64,000 nucleotides of DNA from Vicugna vicugna (Eukaryota): NCBI GenBank assembly GCA_013265495.1, contig MU058139.1, forward strand, positions 1 through 64,000, in the 5' to 3' direction. Below the pieces are notes generated by a model that worked only from the letters and a program-made list of their open reading frames with translations, had not been told where the DNA came from and did no database searches. This document shows positions 37,336 through 51,937 of this stretch, piece by piece (position 1 is the stretch's first letter; every line of letters begins with the position of its first letter). Position numbers and translations under genes: made by a program.

Positions 37336-40300
37336 GTAACTAAAAAAAAGAGGTGGGGGGGCATCGAAGTTTGCCTGAGCTGGCCAATCTCTCCATCCTT
37401 GATCATTTAAATATCTATTCCTCATTAATTTCCTTCTGTGAGTTTTCACTCCTGGGGGGATCATGAATCAGAGTCTTTTCTTTTTTACTTACTGGTCATC
37501 AATAATAATGAGATGTTTATGAGGGGTAAGGTGGAATATTTATGTTTTTGTTGATTTTAAATATGTCATCACCTCAGTCGGCCCACTAGGTTGGGGGGGG
37601 GTCTTCTCCATTTTGCAGAAGGGGAAGTTGCCCCCTGGTGAGGTTCAGTGACCCTCATGTCAACCCCACAGATGACGAGTGGCTAAGCCAGGACCAGGGT
37701 GTTGAGTTTTAAGATGTCCACTATAAAATGCCTGCAGTGATAATCTGTGTTCATCACTACTGAGGTTGGAATGAAGCTTCAATATTCTAGTAGCCTTTCC
37801 TCCAAAGGAGGCACTGCTGTATCGCACAGGAAGGTTCCAGTTCCTCATTCAGTGTGACCCAAGAACCAGGGGCTTCATCCTGGAAGTTCTCCAGAAGATC
37901 CTAAATTCTTTAAACCAGAGAAAAGCTGTCCCAAGGAGAGCCAACAAGCCACCTGAGAGATTAGATTGATGTTGAAGAATAATGGCACAATTTGCTGTAT
38001 TTAAACCACCACATTAACAAACCAGGTGCAAAGCTAATAAAGCCTCTAGGACCATGGTTCACTACTGCAGACTGAGGCCTGTTACCAGGTGTCTGATTTC
38101 TGTTCTGCTTCAAGAGTCTGCATTTCTCCCACTGCACACATGGACCGCTTCATCTTGGGGAACTGCCTCCCGCTCACCCTCATGCTGTGCCCTTCTGTGC
38201 TTGATAGTCCCATCAAAGGGACTCCCGTCTCCTGCCACCAAATTGTCTCTTTTCTTAAGAGGTATCTAATGCCTCGATTGTTGTGACACACGCACACTTT
38301 GCCATGATAAACTGTGCATTTTCCAAAAAGATGGATCACTGTTGTAAATTCCCTGCCTGCCTCTGTTGTTCTCCACAGAGTATGTGTGATAATTGTTGAA
38401 TGGTTGGTGATTAAGATTCTCCAGCTCCCTGTGGCAGGCACAGATGTGAGAAAAAGTTTTAGAGCTCAAGATTGCATTCTGAAATCAACTCTGCAGTCTA
38501 TAAAAGTGAGGTCAAGAGAAGGCAGCTCAAATAGCTTTCTTCTTCTAAAGGAGTCACTTGTTCACTTATCCATGAGTGTCCTTATTACAGAGGACCTGTT
38601 CATGAGAGATGATGCTCCTTGATACATTTAACTTGTGAAAGCACCTCTCACAGAATTCATGTCTTGACACTAATTTCTAGGAAACATTGACTCTGAGCCT
38701 GGCTACACCTCAGACTCCACAGAACAAAAGATAAGTAAAAACGAAAGAAGCAGTTGAGGAAAGGGTTCATTGAAGAATCCATGTCATAAACCATCCTGCA
38801 AAATACCAACTGAACTTCTTTGAGGCCTGAAAGCTCTGAACCAGACCTCTAGACAATCAGATATGTGTACCCCCTGGAGTCCTACATTAAAGAGGAAAGA
38901 ATGGTAAAGAAATCAGATGGAGATGAAAATCTAGCTATTTCACCAGAGATAGAAAACCAATATTCTTTTTATCTTATTGTCCTCTTTTGAAAATCTTGAG
39001 CAGAATTTCTTTTCAAAAATCATCATTCCCTTCTGACAAAGTCCATTTCCTGGAACCACAGTATAGGATATGGCAAGTCCATGAAACTTCAAGCCCATGA
39101 AATTCACAGATGAACTTCTTTTTTTAAACCTTTGGATCATAGTCATAGAATTTACTCTGCCCGTGAAGGGAAGGAAAGCGGTAAGGAATCACATTGGTGA
39201 AGACCTCACTGAGGCTGGCCCTGTGTTAAACGCTTTCATACGTCTTTGTCTTTAAAGTGAAGAACAAGGCTTGCAAGGGGACAACGAGGAAAGATTACTG
39301 GGAATAACCAGAGTGCAATATGCCTGCTTGAGTTTAAAGCTTTATTGCAATGTGCAAGGTATAATCTCAAACCAGAGAACAATCTTTCATATTCTTCCCC
39401 TCTCTAAAATATAATTTCTATTTAGACGACTAATGGTCCTTAAAATGTCTCATCAGGAAGCTGCAAAACATGTTTCAAATGTAGAACTGTTTTTCCTTTA
39501 TTTTTTCCAGGAAATAAACACTTGACATCTAGGAAATGTAGTTCTAAATTTACAAAGCACATAGACCTTTTCAAATATGCTCACTGTAAGGTGCCTGTCA
39601 CATCCATAAATATATCTTATTGAACAGATTTTTGTTTATTAGTGTGGTGGTACATTTTAGAAAGGAACATTAATGCTTGATTCACGGAGGGTGGAGTGGC
39701 ATTCAAATTAAAATTTTTAAAGGAAGGATCACTACTTTTAATTCCTTACCCCACCTTTCCTAGTGTCCTGAGAATATTGCATAATTATGAGTGATGGTTT
39801 GAATTGTTTCCTCAGCTTATCACAAGAATATTGGCCTTAGCTTTAGCAAAAAAGAAAGTACAAGGGAGATGCTAGTCTCTTGTGATGTTAGTCTGAGTCT
39901 TAGTGGTAAGTAAGAGAATTTAATTCTGGTTTCCTTCAGCATAAAGGGAACTTACTGGGATGATATGGGAGCTGGAGGACCAAGTTTGGAAAAAGCCAAG
40001 CATCACAGAATCGTGAGAAAACGAGATAGCAGGAACCCTATGAGAGGTCACGTGGAAGTCTGGTTCACCATTGTCAGTGATGAGGCCATGACTATGGACC
40101 TGCCATCCCTCTGCTTTCCTAGCACTTCCTGAAGCCCAAGGGGAGGCTTGATTCCCTGACTGCTTTGTAGGGGGAAAGAGGAAAGACCTGGTCATGCAGA
40201 CTACAGTAGGAAGGTTTCCGTAGTGTGGGAGGTTTCCTGAAAGGGAGGATGGTGGGTGAAGGGAAGGGCAGTGTGGATGCCGGACAATTCCCTGGTTATG

Positions 40301-41911
40301 TGTATCCCCAACATTCAAGGACAAGTGAAAATGGAAACTATAATACATTCTTACATTCCACCTTCTCTCTTTTCTGCTGCCAATGACTACCACCCTTATG
40401 ACCAATTAAAAACAAAAAATGAATCTCAAATATCATCCAGTTCCAAGTCTTCCTTTTATCAACCTTTATCAGTTGGTCATGCTAACCAAGTCACAACCAT
40501 CTGACCTTAGGTTGCAATTTTAGTGGTGAAAACATAAAACCTCTTCATGAGCTCACTGAAATAGGACTTTTTGCTTCACAAATCTTTATTATAATTTCTG
40601 AGAGAATGAGGACACTTGAGTTCATTTGTTTATTTATTTATTTGCCAACTCCATGGTCTTAAACAAGTTACTTAATCTTTCTGAACCTCTGTTTTTTTTA
40701 ACCTGCCAAAGATGCAAATATACCCATCCTTTCTACCTTATGGCATTGTGGTACAAAATAATTGTGACAATGCAAAAGAAAAACATCCCATCTGCTTTAA
40801 AAAGCTGCACGTGACTGAACATACTTTAAAATACAGTTTAAGTCATGATATTAACCAACTAGTTAAAATAATAAAAAAATTTTTAAAAACTTGACTCGCT
40901 CAGGAACCCTGTGACCAGCAGATAGGGCCATGATTCCTGTCTCTGCAGTTGACTAGCCCAAGGACATTAATTGATTTGCCTAAAATGTGAGTCTAGGTAG
41001 AACAGTCAGAAAGACGAGGCATTCTAGAACCCGAGTCTTCTGATTCTGTGTTCTGAATCAGAGTATATTATACATACACACATATATATACATACACACA
41101 CACACACTGTTTTTCCCACTGATATTAATAACAGCTGATTTTAAGGGCTTGTTATGTATCAGTTCAACTAATACTTCCAATTCGCACACCACCCAGGGAA
41201 GCTGTCATTTCTCTATTGTGCAGATGGACCCTGAGGCCCAGAGATGTCACAGAAAGTTGCCGGAAGTTACCCCAGCTGATGGTGGAACTGGGATGTAAAC
41301 CTGCACCTTGGCTTTCTCCAAAACCTCACTCTGCGATGTCCTGCTGTTCTAACATACTTTTTCCCAAAGTGGCATCTCTATATTTTTTTAAAAAGGGGAA
41401 ATGACAGCTGTGCTATTTTGTCATGAAAACAATAATAACATTATCATTTATTGAACAGTGTATGTGCTAAGGCCTTATCTGTATCACCTTGTTCAGTTTT
41501 TTGCAATGTACTCTGGGAAAACTAGGGCTTGCACAAGTTAAGGAACGTGACTGAGACCTTGCCGATGGCAGATTGCAAAGCCAGGATGCAAACTCCCTTG
41601 TGATTCCAAGGCCCGCGATCTGAATCGCTCACTATGGCCAGATTCTGCAGAAAGCCCAGAATTGCAACAGAACAAATTAACTGCTGGGCTTTAATTTGCC
41701 AAACCTCTCTTTTGGGCATAGTTTGAACAGAACCAAATGCCTCGTCTCTCTTATGAGACGTGAAATCCATAAATTGGAAAGGCATGAGAATGAAATTTTC
41801 AATTTTTCTACATCAGCCAAATTCATCTTCGTCCAGAGTGTTCTTAAGCACTCTTCATCTGTGTATTGGAATGACTGAAGTTTTCAGAGCCATTTACCAT
41901 CATCTAAAAAA

Positions 41912-43175
41912 TTCCCTTACATCACATACAGAAATAAACTCAAAATGGATTAGAGATCTAAATATAAGACCTAAAACCACTTAACTCCTAGAAAAGAACA
42001 GAGGCAGAACATTCTCTGACATAAATTGTAGCAATATTTTCTTGGATCAGTCTCCTACGGCAAAAGAAACCAAAGCAAAAATAAACAAATGGGCCCTAAT
42101 TAAACTAAAAAGCCTTTGCCCAGCAAAAGGAGACCATCGACAAAACAAAAAGACAACCTACAGAATGGGAGAAAATATTTGCGACTGATGCAACTGACAA
42201 GGGGTTCCTATCCAAAATATACAACAGCTCATACAACTTGGTATCAAAAACCCCCCAACTATCCAGTCATAAAATGGGAAGAAGACTTGAATAGACATTT
42301 TCCCAAAAAAGATGTACTGATGGCTATCAGGCGCATGAAGAGAAACTTAACATCACTAATTATTAGAGAAACGCAAATCAAAACCACAATGAAATATTAC
42401 CTCACATCTCTCAGAATGGCTATCATCAAAAAGACCACGATCACAAATGCTGGCAAGGACGTGGAGAAAAGGGAACCCTTGTACACTGTTGGTGGGAATA
42501 CAAACTGGTGCAGCCACTATGGAAAACTGTATGGAGGTTTCTCAAAAAACTACCATAGGATGCAGCAATTTCACCCCTGGGTATATATCAGAAAAAATCA
42601 AAACACTAATTCAGAAAGATAATGCACCCCAATATTCACAGAAGCACTGTTTACAACAGCCAAGGCATAGAAGCAACACAAGTGCCCATCAACAGATGAC
42701 TGGATTAAGAAAATGTGGTATATATACAGTGGGATACTACTCAGCCATCAAACAGAATGAAATATGGCCATTTGCAGCTGTGTGGATGGACTTAGAGAAT
42801 ATCATGCTTGGTGAAATAATTCAGAGAAAGACAAATACTATATGGTATCACTAATATGTGGACTCTAAAAAATCATACAGCTGAATGTACATGCAAAACA
42901 GAAACAGACTCACAGACATAGAAAACAAACTTGTGGTTACCAAAGGGGAGAGGGGAGGGTGGAGGGATGGATCAGGGGTATGGAATTAACAGATACAGAC
43001 TACTAGATGTAAATAGATAAGCAACAAGAATATACTGTCTAGCACAGGGAAATATACCCATTATTCTGTAATAACCTGTAATGGAAATGGAGTATTGTCT
43101 GAAAAAATAATGAATCGCTATGCTGTACACCTAAAACAAACACAATATTGTACATCAACTATGTTTTAATAATAA
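41912..43175 (+). mobile_element. LINE-1 3' fragment (ORF2 C-terminus + 3'UTR)
   Basis: ORF remnants INSKWIRDLNIRP and IREt[27 protein letters not shown], followed by an L1 3'UTR. Confidence 0.92.
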
Positions 43176-43294
43176 ACATCATCTTCTTCTCCTTCTCCTT
43201 TCTCCTCCTCCTCCTCCTCCTCCTCCGGAGGAAGGCAATCAGCAGAGGTGGTCTCAAAACTCCTGACCACCAGAGACAGTGAACCCCACAGATT

Positions 43295-43452
43295 GCTGCT
43301 ACTCAGTACAGCCCGGGACCAGCCACAGCACCTGGGAACTTGGTAGAAATTGGGTATCTCAGGCCTCCCTGTTCCCGACTGATTGAATCAGAACCTTCAT
43401 TTTAACAAGGTTTCCCGATGATTTGTGCACATCTTAAAGTTTGAGAGGCACT
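43295..43452. mobile_element. MER5A-like hAT-Charlie MITE
   Basis: cacctgggaacttggtagaaat..gaatcagaaccttcattttaacaag..aaagtttgagaggcact. Confidence 0.75.
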
Positions 43453-45347
43453 CTCCTAATATTAGCTTGGTCAGTCAAGAACCGAATGGCCCCCAAAGTC
43501 TCCTGTTCTTTAAATATGGTGATGACTCTACTGCTGACCATTGACTGTTTAATGTGATGAAGGCATTTTGTGTTAATTGGCTCTCGTTGTCATCCGGGTA
43601 GGTGTTCTTAATCCTCTTTTTCAGCTGGAAAGATTGAGCTTCAGAGAGATTAAGCAACTTGGTAGAAATGACGAAGCCAAATGGAGGTACCTGGATTTGA
43701 ACACAGGTGTAACTTCTGACAAAGCAATATTATTTTCCATTGTTCTTGCTGCTTTTTGAAGCACTGTTTTTGAAGAGGTGTGTCTGGGGTCATACAAAGA
43801 TAGGAATTTTATTTATGTTACTCTTGCTTTAACTGCGCTTTCCCTCTTGGCGAAATGTTTCAGGTACAGGAGTTTCGCCAATGATTATCTGGTAGCGAAA
43901 GGATTAGAATAAATAATAGAAAAATTTAGAAATGGTCTTAATGGTCATAATAAATTCGTCTTTTATTTAGAATAGTTGAGTTGTATATCCAGTGGATATT
44001 AATTCCTCCAGTACAGCTCAATGTGGCTCTTGGAAAAGCCCTGTGATTTCTAGACCCACCAGTAGATGTCAGTATTTCTTTGAACACCGAAACGGCCATT
44101 TAGGGTTTTTGCCCCACCACCCCCTGTAAAGCAATTGTTTTTGAAGAACGGGTTTTGTAGTTGTTCAGTTTTCATTTGGTTGGAGCAATCTTCTTAGCCT
44201 GGTATCTTCAAAGGCGTTCATGATCAAGAAGCAATTTACCCTGTCCCTCTCCCTTTCTCTGTCTCTGTCTTTCTGTCTGTGTCTTATACACACACACGTT
44301 TTATATGGAAAAGATTCAAATAATGGATTTTCTCCCAAGGAGATCTTTCTTTGCATAGGTTGGGAAAAGGCATTTGAGGATACTAGAGCCAGATTTCATC
44401 AGGCCTTTGGCTTGCAGATCAAACCCACCCTCCTCTCCAGCAATGAAGCAACTGCCACCACGCTCAACGCCAATCTAAGAAGAATTGCCCTTTGAAGAAA
44501 ACGACTCAGGAATCAGCAGGACAGACAGCTCGCTTTGAGTACTTTCATCAGAGTTACCTGGGGTAAAACCATAGCCTCCTACCAAGGCTTTATTTGTTTC
44601 TCAAATTATATTTTACATGCAAATGTTTTCTGGGACCGGTTTCAGAGCTTTATTAAATGTGTAAGAAGGCTGAATAATTTATCAGGTTAACAGAAGGCTG
44701 GGATTTAAGTTTGATTTTAGACGCTGGTGTTTGATTTGTGCGGCTTTTTCGTGCTCCTGCCAGCAGTGGATGTGCTAATAACAATTAGACTCTTCCCAAC
44801 TGAGGGCTTTTTCTTGTTTGCTTTCCAGAATGATTCAGCTCCTTTTTTTTTTTTTTTCTTTTTACATTTGCTTTAGATTAACCACAAAAAAATCACTTGG
44901 CAGGTATCTCCAGAGACTAACTTCGCTGACAAGGGAGGTTATTAGTAGCTTCTTGGTAAGGAAAAAGTCCTGAGAGGGATTAAATAAGAGTAACACTTTC
45001 TGAGACAGGTTAAAATACCAGGAAAACATACTGTTGCATTCGTCTTGGCAGTAGGTGATGACTTAATGGTTCTCTGGATTTCTGACACTCTGTGTGGAAC
45101 ATTTAAGCCCTTCTGAGGTCTGGTTAGCAAGCAGTTTTAGCTCACTTTTCGAAAGAGGGTGTAATCAACTCTTAGCTGTAAAATTTCAAAGTGCTTTAGT
45201 TATTCACGATGCCTGCTTTGTGATTTAGCAATTATGTAGATTGATGGAGAGAGTCTTCCTTTCAAGAAGTTTGGAAATGTTTCTCAGAACTCTTCTATTT
45301 ACAAGCTGGGTTATGGGGTTTTGTTGTTTGTTGTTGGTCTTAGTATT

Positions 45348-45520
45348 CCACAGTGGTTGAGAGCACAAACCTTGGATTTGGATTCAAATCCCAGCCTCAT
45401 AGTTTACTAGCTGGATGACTTTGTGAATATTACTTAACATCTATAGAAACCTCAGTTTACTCATCTGCAAAATGGGTATGATAATCGTTGATTTATAGGA
45501 TTACTGTGAGATATCCATAA
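45348..45520 (+). mobile_element. MIR SINE
   Basis: ggattcaaatcccagcctc..tttactagctggatgactttg..cctcagtttactcatctgcaaaatggg. Confidence 0.75.
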
Positions 45521-45609
45521 TATTACTGGAAAAACATCTTTTCTTTGTCCCAGTCCCTCCTCCAGGGCCTGGTTTTAGACCTGTATGGGGGACACTGGCC
45601 TGCCTACGA

Positions 45610-45890
45610 TTTGATGAACTCATTTAATAATCATATATTCAGCACACCCTGTGTGTCAGGCATGTGTGTGCTGAATACTAAAGATATGACAGTGAGCTAG
45701 ACAAAGGGGGCCTCATCCATCCTGGAATTTACATTCAAAGATTTGACACAGAAAACTGATGAAATCCACAAACACAGAAACATATAATATTATAGACAGT
45801 AATAAGTGTGGTGGAGAAAAAAAACAATAGAGTAAAGGAAGAGAAAGTGAAGAAGAAAGTTAAATCTCTTTGAGGAGGTGACATTAAAGG
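45610..45890. mobile_element. L2 fragment
   Basis: tattcagcacaccctgtgtgtcaggcatgtgtgtgctg..acagtgagctagaca..tctctttgaggaggtgacatt. Confidence 0.6.
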
Positions 45891-46169
45891 AAAATGATCA
45901 TTTAAAAACTTGAGCAGTGCCTTCCTGTAGCTCAGGAGAGGCTGTCAGTAGATGGATGAGTAAGTAATGGATTTCTTTTCTCAAACTCAGATAGAGCCAG
46001 GACACCGTCTGAAAAACAAGAGGATAAAAAAGGGGCAGACACTGCTCTGTCTAATAGTGTAATAGTTTTTCTTCAAAGGAGGTTAGAGGAATCTTTGCAG
46101 GTTGTGCTACATCTAAGGAAATATTCTTCTTTGACAAGAATTACTACGTGGTCCTGGGTGAGGCAACCA

Positions 46170-46545
46170 CGATGGTTCAAAACTCCCTTTGAGAGAACCC
46201 ACTGTGGAAAATAGCTCATTGACTGTCTCAAACTGTCACTCTTGGGGTCCAATTCTCAATTCATTCTCAACCAATGCTACCATCAGGCCATTCCCAGCCA
46301 GTGATTGAGCATAGTATGTGTGCTGGAATGGGACCATTTGTTGGATGCAAGATTACTCCAAATGATGACTTTTGCTCAAGGCTCCCCATTAGTCTAACCG
46401 AGACTTTTCTTAGAGCAGCATTGTACTCAGACTCTTCCTAACCAATCCTTCCTTCCCTCTCTCCTTTCACAGACATCAGACCTGTCTTGTGTTCTCAAAT
46501 TTCTCCCTTCCTACTTACTGCAGTTACCCCCAAAATCCTACCTTT
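46170..46545 (+). mobile_element. LTR16A-like LTR
   Basis: aggccattcccagccagtgattgagcatag..ttttgctcaaggctcccc..tccctctctcctttcacagacatcagacctg. Confidence 0.65.
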
Positions 46546-46605
46546 GAAAGGATGTACAGTGGGGCATCTCCCCTTTAAGGATCCATCTCAAGATGATTTT
46601 CCAAT

Positions 46606-48680
46606 CAAGTAAGTGCAGTCATTTACCTGAGTGACTGTGTACTGGGGAAAGAGGAATAACCAGACTTTTTAAGGGCTTTTGGACACAGGGTGTGAACTGG
46701 AAATCGTATCCAGAGATCCCAAAGTAATATCGTGTCCTCCTTGCTGGAAAGGAGGATTATAGGGTCCAGAAGAAAAGAGAGTCCTGGATAAAGTTCAGCT
46801 CACAGTGAGTCCACTGGAACCATAAACTCATCCAGCTGGTCATTTTCCTAGACTTTGAAAAGTGCATAATTGCAATGGACACACATGACAGCTGGGTTAG
46901 CCCCGCATTGGGACTCTGGTCTGTGAGGTGACAGCTATCACGTTTAGTTAGGAAAGGCCAAGTGCAAGTCTCTGAAACTACCCCCTCCACCCTCCCAGCC
47001 AACATAGTCAATCTCAAACAATGTCATATCCCAGTGGGGATGGGGATGGCAAAGATTTAAAACCAAAAGAATGTGAGGCTGGTGGTCTCTATCATATCTC
47101 CATTCAAGCCATCAGTGTGAGCCTGGCAGAAACTAGCCGGATCCAGAAAAATGGCTGAAGACTCCTGCATGCTCAGCCAAGTAGTAGCCTCAATTTCATC
47201 TCTTGCACTGGACGAAATAGTTGTTAGAACAGATTAATCAATGCCTGAGGGAAATTGTGTGCAGCCATCCCATCGATTTAGCCGAAGTGGGTATACACTA
47301 TTTTCTCTTCTTATCAGAAAAAATTTGCATTCATATGGAATAGGCAGGAACATTTATTTACAGTTTTGCTCCAGGCTTCTGTTAACTCCCCCTCCCTCAG
47401 TCACAGATGTAATCCACAGAGTTCCAGAGATCCCACCCACCAGCACATCAAGCCACTCCATCAGTGCCACCATGCTGATTGAACGGGGCAAGGAAGAGGA
47501 GGCTAGCACACTGGAAGCCTTGGTGGGAAACGTGTGCTTGGAGGGTGAGAGATAAACCCTGTTAGAGTCAGAGACCTGCCACTTCCATGAAGTACTGGGG
47601 TCCAGTGTTCGGGGTAAGCCTGGTTATTCCCTCCAAAGTCAAAAATAGTTATTGCATCTTGCATCTTTTTTTTCCGGGATATTCTGCTGTGGTCCAGACA
47701 CCAGGTGGCACACTACACTGCCTGCTTTGTGGAGCCCAGAGCAGGACAAGACGCTGTAGCAGGTCCCAACTGCGATACCAGAGCTGTGATGCTTTGGCTA
47801 TAAAATCCAGGCAGCTCTATAGCATTGGAGGAGTCTGTGGTCCAGGGTGTAGTTTATGGAAAGCCCTAGTGGGAGGACTAGTACACAGACCCCTGGGTTC
47901 TTAAAGAAGGCTGCATCACCTGCAATGGAGAATTATATGTCTTCTGTGGAGCAGCATTCGTCATGGGCTCTGGTAGAGATGGAAACGGTACATCCAGAGT
48001 CGAGCCTGATCAAGACCAGACAGCATGGGTAAGCTGCGGTAGCTGGTAGCCCAGATGCCTGCGTCACTGTCCACGGTTGCATTAGTCGTCCTTTCCCAGC
48101 TCACACCTATGGCCATTTCTGGGAGAGGTGCCATACAGCCAGCAAAAACCAGAGCTTGGTGTACAGATGGGTTGGGTAGAAGCTGAAATGCTTGACAGCT
48201 CTCCTGCAGCCATGTTCAGAGGTGGCCTTGAAAGATACTGGGGAGAGAAAAAAAATCTCCCTGATGAGTAGGGATGCCAGTGATGCATCCGGCATAGCAG
48301 GTGAAGCAGCCCCAGGTGAGCCAATGTAAAGATTCCTGGGCTGTAACGGATGGTGTGGCTGTCTGCCCAAGGGCCTGGAAAGAAAAGGGCTGGACTATTA
48401 GACACAAGGAGGGCTGGGATAGAGGCTTCTGGATGGGAATATGGGAGATGCACAGTGTGAAGATTTTTGTATCAATTAATGCCAACCAGAAAGCATCCCA
48501 CCACAGAAGAGACACCGAACAACCAAGTAGACAGAATGATGTGGTCACTGACACTAGGCAGCCATCATTATCCACCGTCTTAGAACTGGTACAATAAATA
48601 GTCCTATAAATGGAGGCTACCCATGCACCCAGCAGCATGGACACCCACTCACCAATGGTAGTCTAGCTACTGCTGACTCT
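46606..48680 (+). mobile_element. Degenerate ERVL (class III) internal pro-pol remnant
   Basis: Protease-like tggggaaagaggaataaccagact..ttggacacagggtgtgaactg (LDTG-E-L) and RNase H-like ORF DSWAVTDGVAV..WKEKGWTI..WMGIWE..VKIFVSINANQKA. Confidence 0.85.
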
Positions 48681-50066
48681 GACTAGTACGTTTGGGCCAT
48701 GTTTTAGCTTTGGGGTTCCTCTGCCCTTAAAATGCATGCTTCTCTCTCCTCCGGGCAGCTGGTTGGAGGCTATATGTCACCTTCTTAAGCTTTGACCTAA
48801 ACACAATCGTCCATCCTTGGCAGGAGCATGTTTACAACATATTTTTAGAACGCACACACACACACACAAAACCAGTATTTGAAATTTCCCTTTGTGTCAT
48901 TTTTGTAGGCTCAGATTTTATGAGCTCAAACTTTATTTACAGAGATCTATTTAAAAGAAGGTCCATTAGCTACATTATGTGAAACTGAGTTGCTTTGGAA
49001 TATTTTTTTTTCTGATTAACCATTTTAGACTTTTGTTCCCATCACAAAATCTCACTTGTTAATTTTAGTGGAAACCATAAAATCTCATCAATACGGCATC
49101 GTCAAGAGGACTTTACGGTCAAGCCAAGAAATGTCATTAGCCCATGGTATTGAAATCCAGGCATAGGTCTGAGTATATCAAATTATTGGATGGAATGAAC
49201 TGGGACTGCCTGGATGACATTCTGTTCAGCTTTGCTCTGACAATTTGAAGCAAAAGAGTCAAACAGTAAACCATGGGCTCGAACAGTGATCGCTCAGAAC
49301 AGCCAGAGTGATTTGCTGAAGCACATGGCAATTGGAACAAAAATTGCCTGTTTCTGTCAAACCCCATGGGGAGAAACATTTTGAAATGTATTCTGCCTGG
49401 AGCTGATTGCATTGTTTCATAGACAGTTCACCCTGCCTACCCCCCGGGGACAGCTTCCACCTCACCATTTTTAGTTCTCACAGTAAACCAGTTTATGATC
49501 AATGAATCACAGAGGGGAAGAATGTCTGTCTGGAGAACATTCAGTCATCTGCCTATACCCATAACCCAACACACATTAGACTATACACAGAGGTCGACCA
49601 CAGTATCCATATTTAATTGGAACCGAAAGATAGGATTTGTTGTGCTGGGGTGATGTAGGCAATGAATGGGAAGAGAAAGGCTTTTGAGATTGTCAACCAT
49701 CATGCAGGCTTCCTGGAGTTCAGTGTAGATTTTTATGTTTATATAAAGTTAATTTTGCACATAGATGGTGAACTATTAGGTCTGGAATTTGTATATTGTT
49801 AAAGAAATCGTTGCCAACTCATAAAGGAATATTAAAACCGTCCACTCATCCTCTCTTTTCCTCAAGGAGACATAACATTGCTTCAAGTTTAGGAAGACAG
49901 TGGCCAAAAGAGAAGATTGGGTCTATGTTACAGAAAGCCTTCAGAAAAGGCCTTGGATGTACAGTGGGGCATCTCCCCTTTAAGGATCCATCTCAAGATG
50001 ATTTGCCAATTAATATATGTTGGAATAATGCTCACTCTATCATAAAGCAAATTTCCATGTACTTGG

Positions 50067-50422
50067 TGTTATGAACTGAATGTTTATGTCCCCTCAAAAT
50101 TTGCAGGTTGAAACCCCTAAACCTCAATGAGAAGGTATTTGGAAGTAATTAGGGTTAAATTAGATCATAAGAATGGGGTCCTCACAATGGGACTAATGCC
50201 TTTATAAGAAGAGACCAGAGAGCTACCTCTCAATCTGTCTGCCGTATGAGGACACAGGAAGAAGATGGTCATCTGCAAACCAGGAAGTGGGCCCTCATCA
50301 GACACCACATCTTCCAGCACCTTGACCTTGGACTTCTCAGCCCCCAAAACTGTGAGAAATAAAGGTTTGTTGTTTAAGTCACTCAGTTTCAAGTATTTTG
50401 TTATAGCATCCAGACTAAGACA
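50067..50422 (+). mobile_element. MLT1A-like MaLR LTR
   Basis: tgttatgaactgaatgtttatgtcccc..gccctcatcagacacc..actgtgagaaataaa..ttgttatagcatccagactaagaca. Confidence 0.88.
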
Positions 50423-51006
50423 CCTAAATTTGTAAGACATTGCTTTCTAATGTGACATTTATCTTATCTTATCCAAAAGAATATCTTATCTCTTCTCAGC
50501 CCTTTGCTTTTCTTTGCGTGTAATTTGTCCGTAGATAGTTTTGGGCTTTCCAAATAAGCAATGATATTATTTGCAACTAATGACAGCTTTATCTCTTCTT
50601 TCTATACCATGTCTTTAATTATTTTTTCCTGTAGTACAATGTTAGATAGGAGCGGAAATGGTGGCTATCTTTGTTTTTCTTGATCTTAAAGGGAGTAATT
50701 ACATTATTTATTATTTTATGTTTACTCTTGGTTTCTTATAGCTACCACATGTAAAGTTTAAAAAGATCCTCTATATTCCTATTGCTCTAAAAGTGTTTGT
50801 AATAATTAGCCGTTGACTTTCATGGAATTTATTTTCTGTATCTATTAAGTGGATCATATGGTTTTTCCCTTTAATATGTCAAAATGTTAAATTTTGCTAC
50901 TCAGTTTTTAATATTAAAATAATCTTGTATCCCTGGGCTATACTCAACATTTATTATTTTTTAGATGTTTATAATACCTAGGTATGTTTTTAAAATACGT
51001 CACTTG

Positions 51007-51479
51007 GTGTATTTATACAATGGAATACTATTCAGCCATGAAAATGACAACATAACGCCATTTGCAGCAACATGGATGTCCCTGGAGAATGTCATTCTAA
51101 ATGAAATAAGCCACAAAGAGAAAGAAAAAATTACATGAGATCGCTCATATGTGGAATCTAAAAAAAAAAGAAAGAACATAAATACAAAACAGAAACAGAC
51201 CCATAGACATAGAGTACAAACTTGTTGTCAAGGGGAAGGAGGGTGGGAAAGGACAGACTGGGAGTTCAATATTTGTAGATACTGACAGGCATATGTAGAA
51301 TAGATAAACAATTATACTGTATAGCACAGGGGAATGTATATAAGATCTTGTGGTAGCTCACAGTGAAAAAAATGTGACAATGAATATATGTATGTTCATG
51401 TATAACTAAAAAATTGTGCTCTACACTGGAAATTGACACAACATTGTAAAATGACTATAACTTAATAAAAAATGTTTAA
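51007..51479 (+). mobile_element. Young L1 3' fragment with 15-bp TSD
   Basis: L1 end-of-ORF2/3'UTR text. Flanks are AAAATACGTCACTTG (50992-51006) and AAAATATGTCGCTTG (51480-51494), differing only by CpG-type transitions. Confidence 0.92.
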
Positions 51480-51499
51480 AAAATATGTCGCTTGATTTG

Positions 51500-51937
51500 T
51501 GTAGTGGTAAGGAAAATGCATTACTTACATCTCCTGTGTCAAAGAACATAATTGACTGATGGTCCCACTGTCATCCCCCTGGAATCACCATCATGTTGGC
51601 TCAAGGACACACTTCCCCTGGGCTGCTCCCAAACCAATGACTGATCCATATAGATAATAGTACTGACCCGTTCCTGTGGGACATGAGACTCCTCTAACCA
51701 GTGACTGAGTTGAGTTGAGGATCTTCCATAGACCTTGCTGAAACTCTTAAATCTGCACTGCAGTCTGAGGCTACCCCTATTATCCCGCCCTTTCCTCTCT
51801 CCTTTCACTCGTGTCAGACCTATATTGCAGCCTAAAGGCTCACCTGTCTATTCCTGTCTCTTCCCATTTACCCATCAAAATAAACCTCTCATGCATCTAA
51901 TTCCACATTTGGCTGTTCAGAAACCTCTCAACTGACA
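51500..51937 (+). mobile_element. LTR16-like solo LTR
   Basis: ccaatgactga..ctctctcctttcactcgtgtcagacct..aataaacctctcatgcatctaattcc..aactgaca. Confidence 0.7.
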
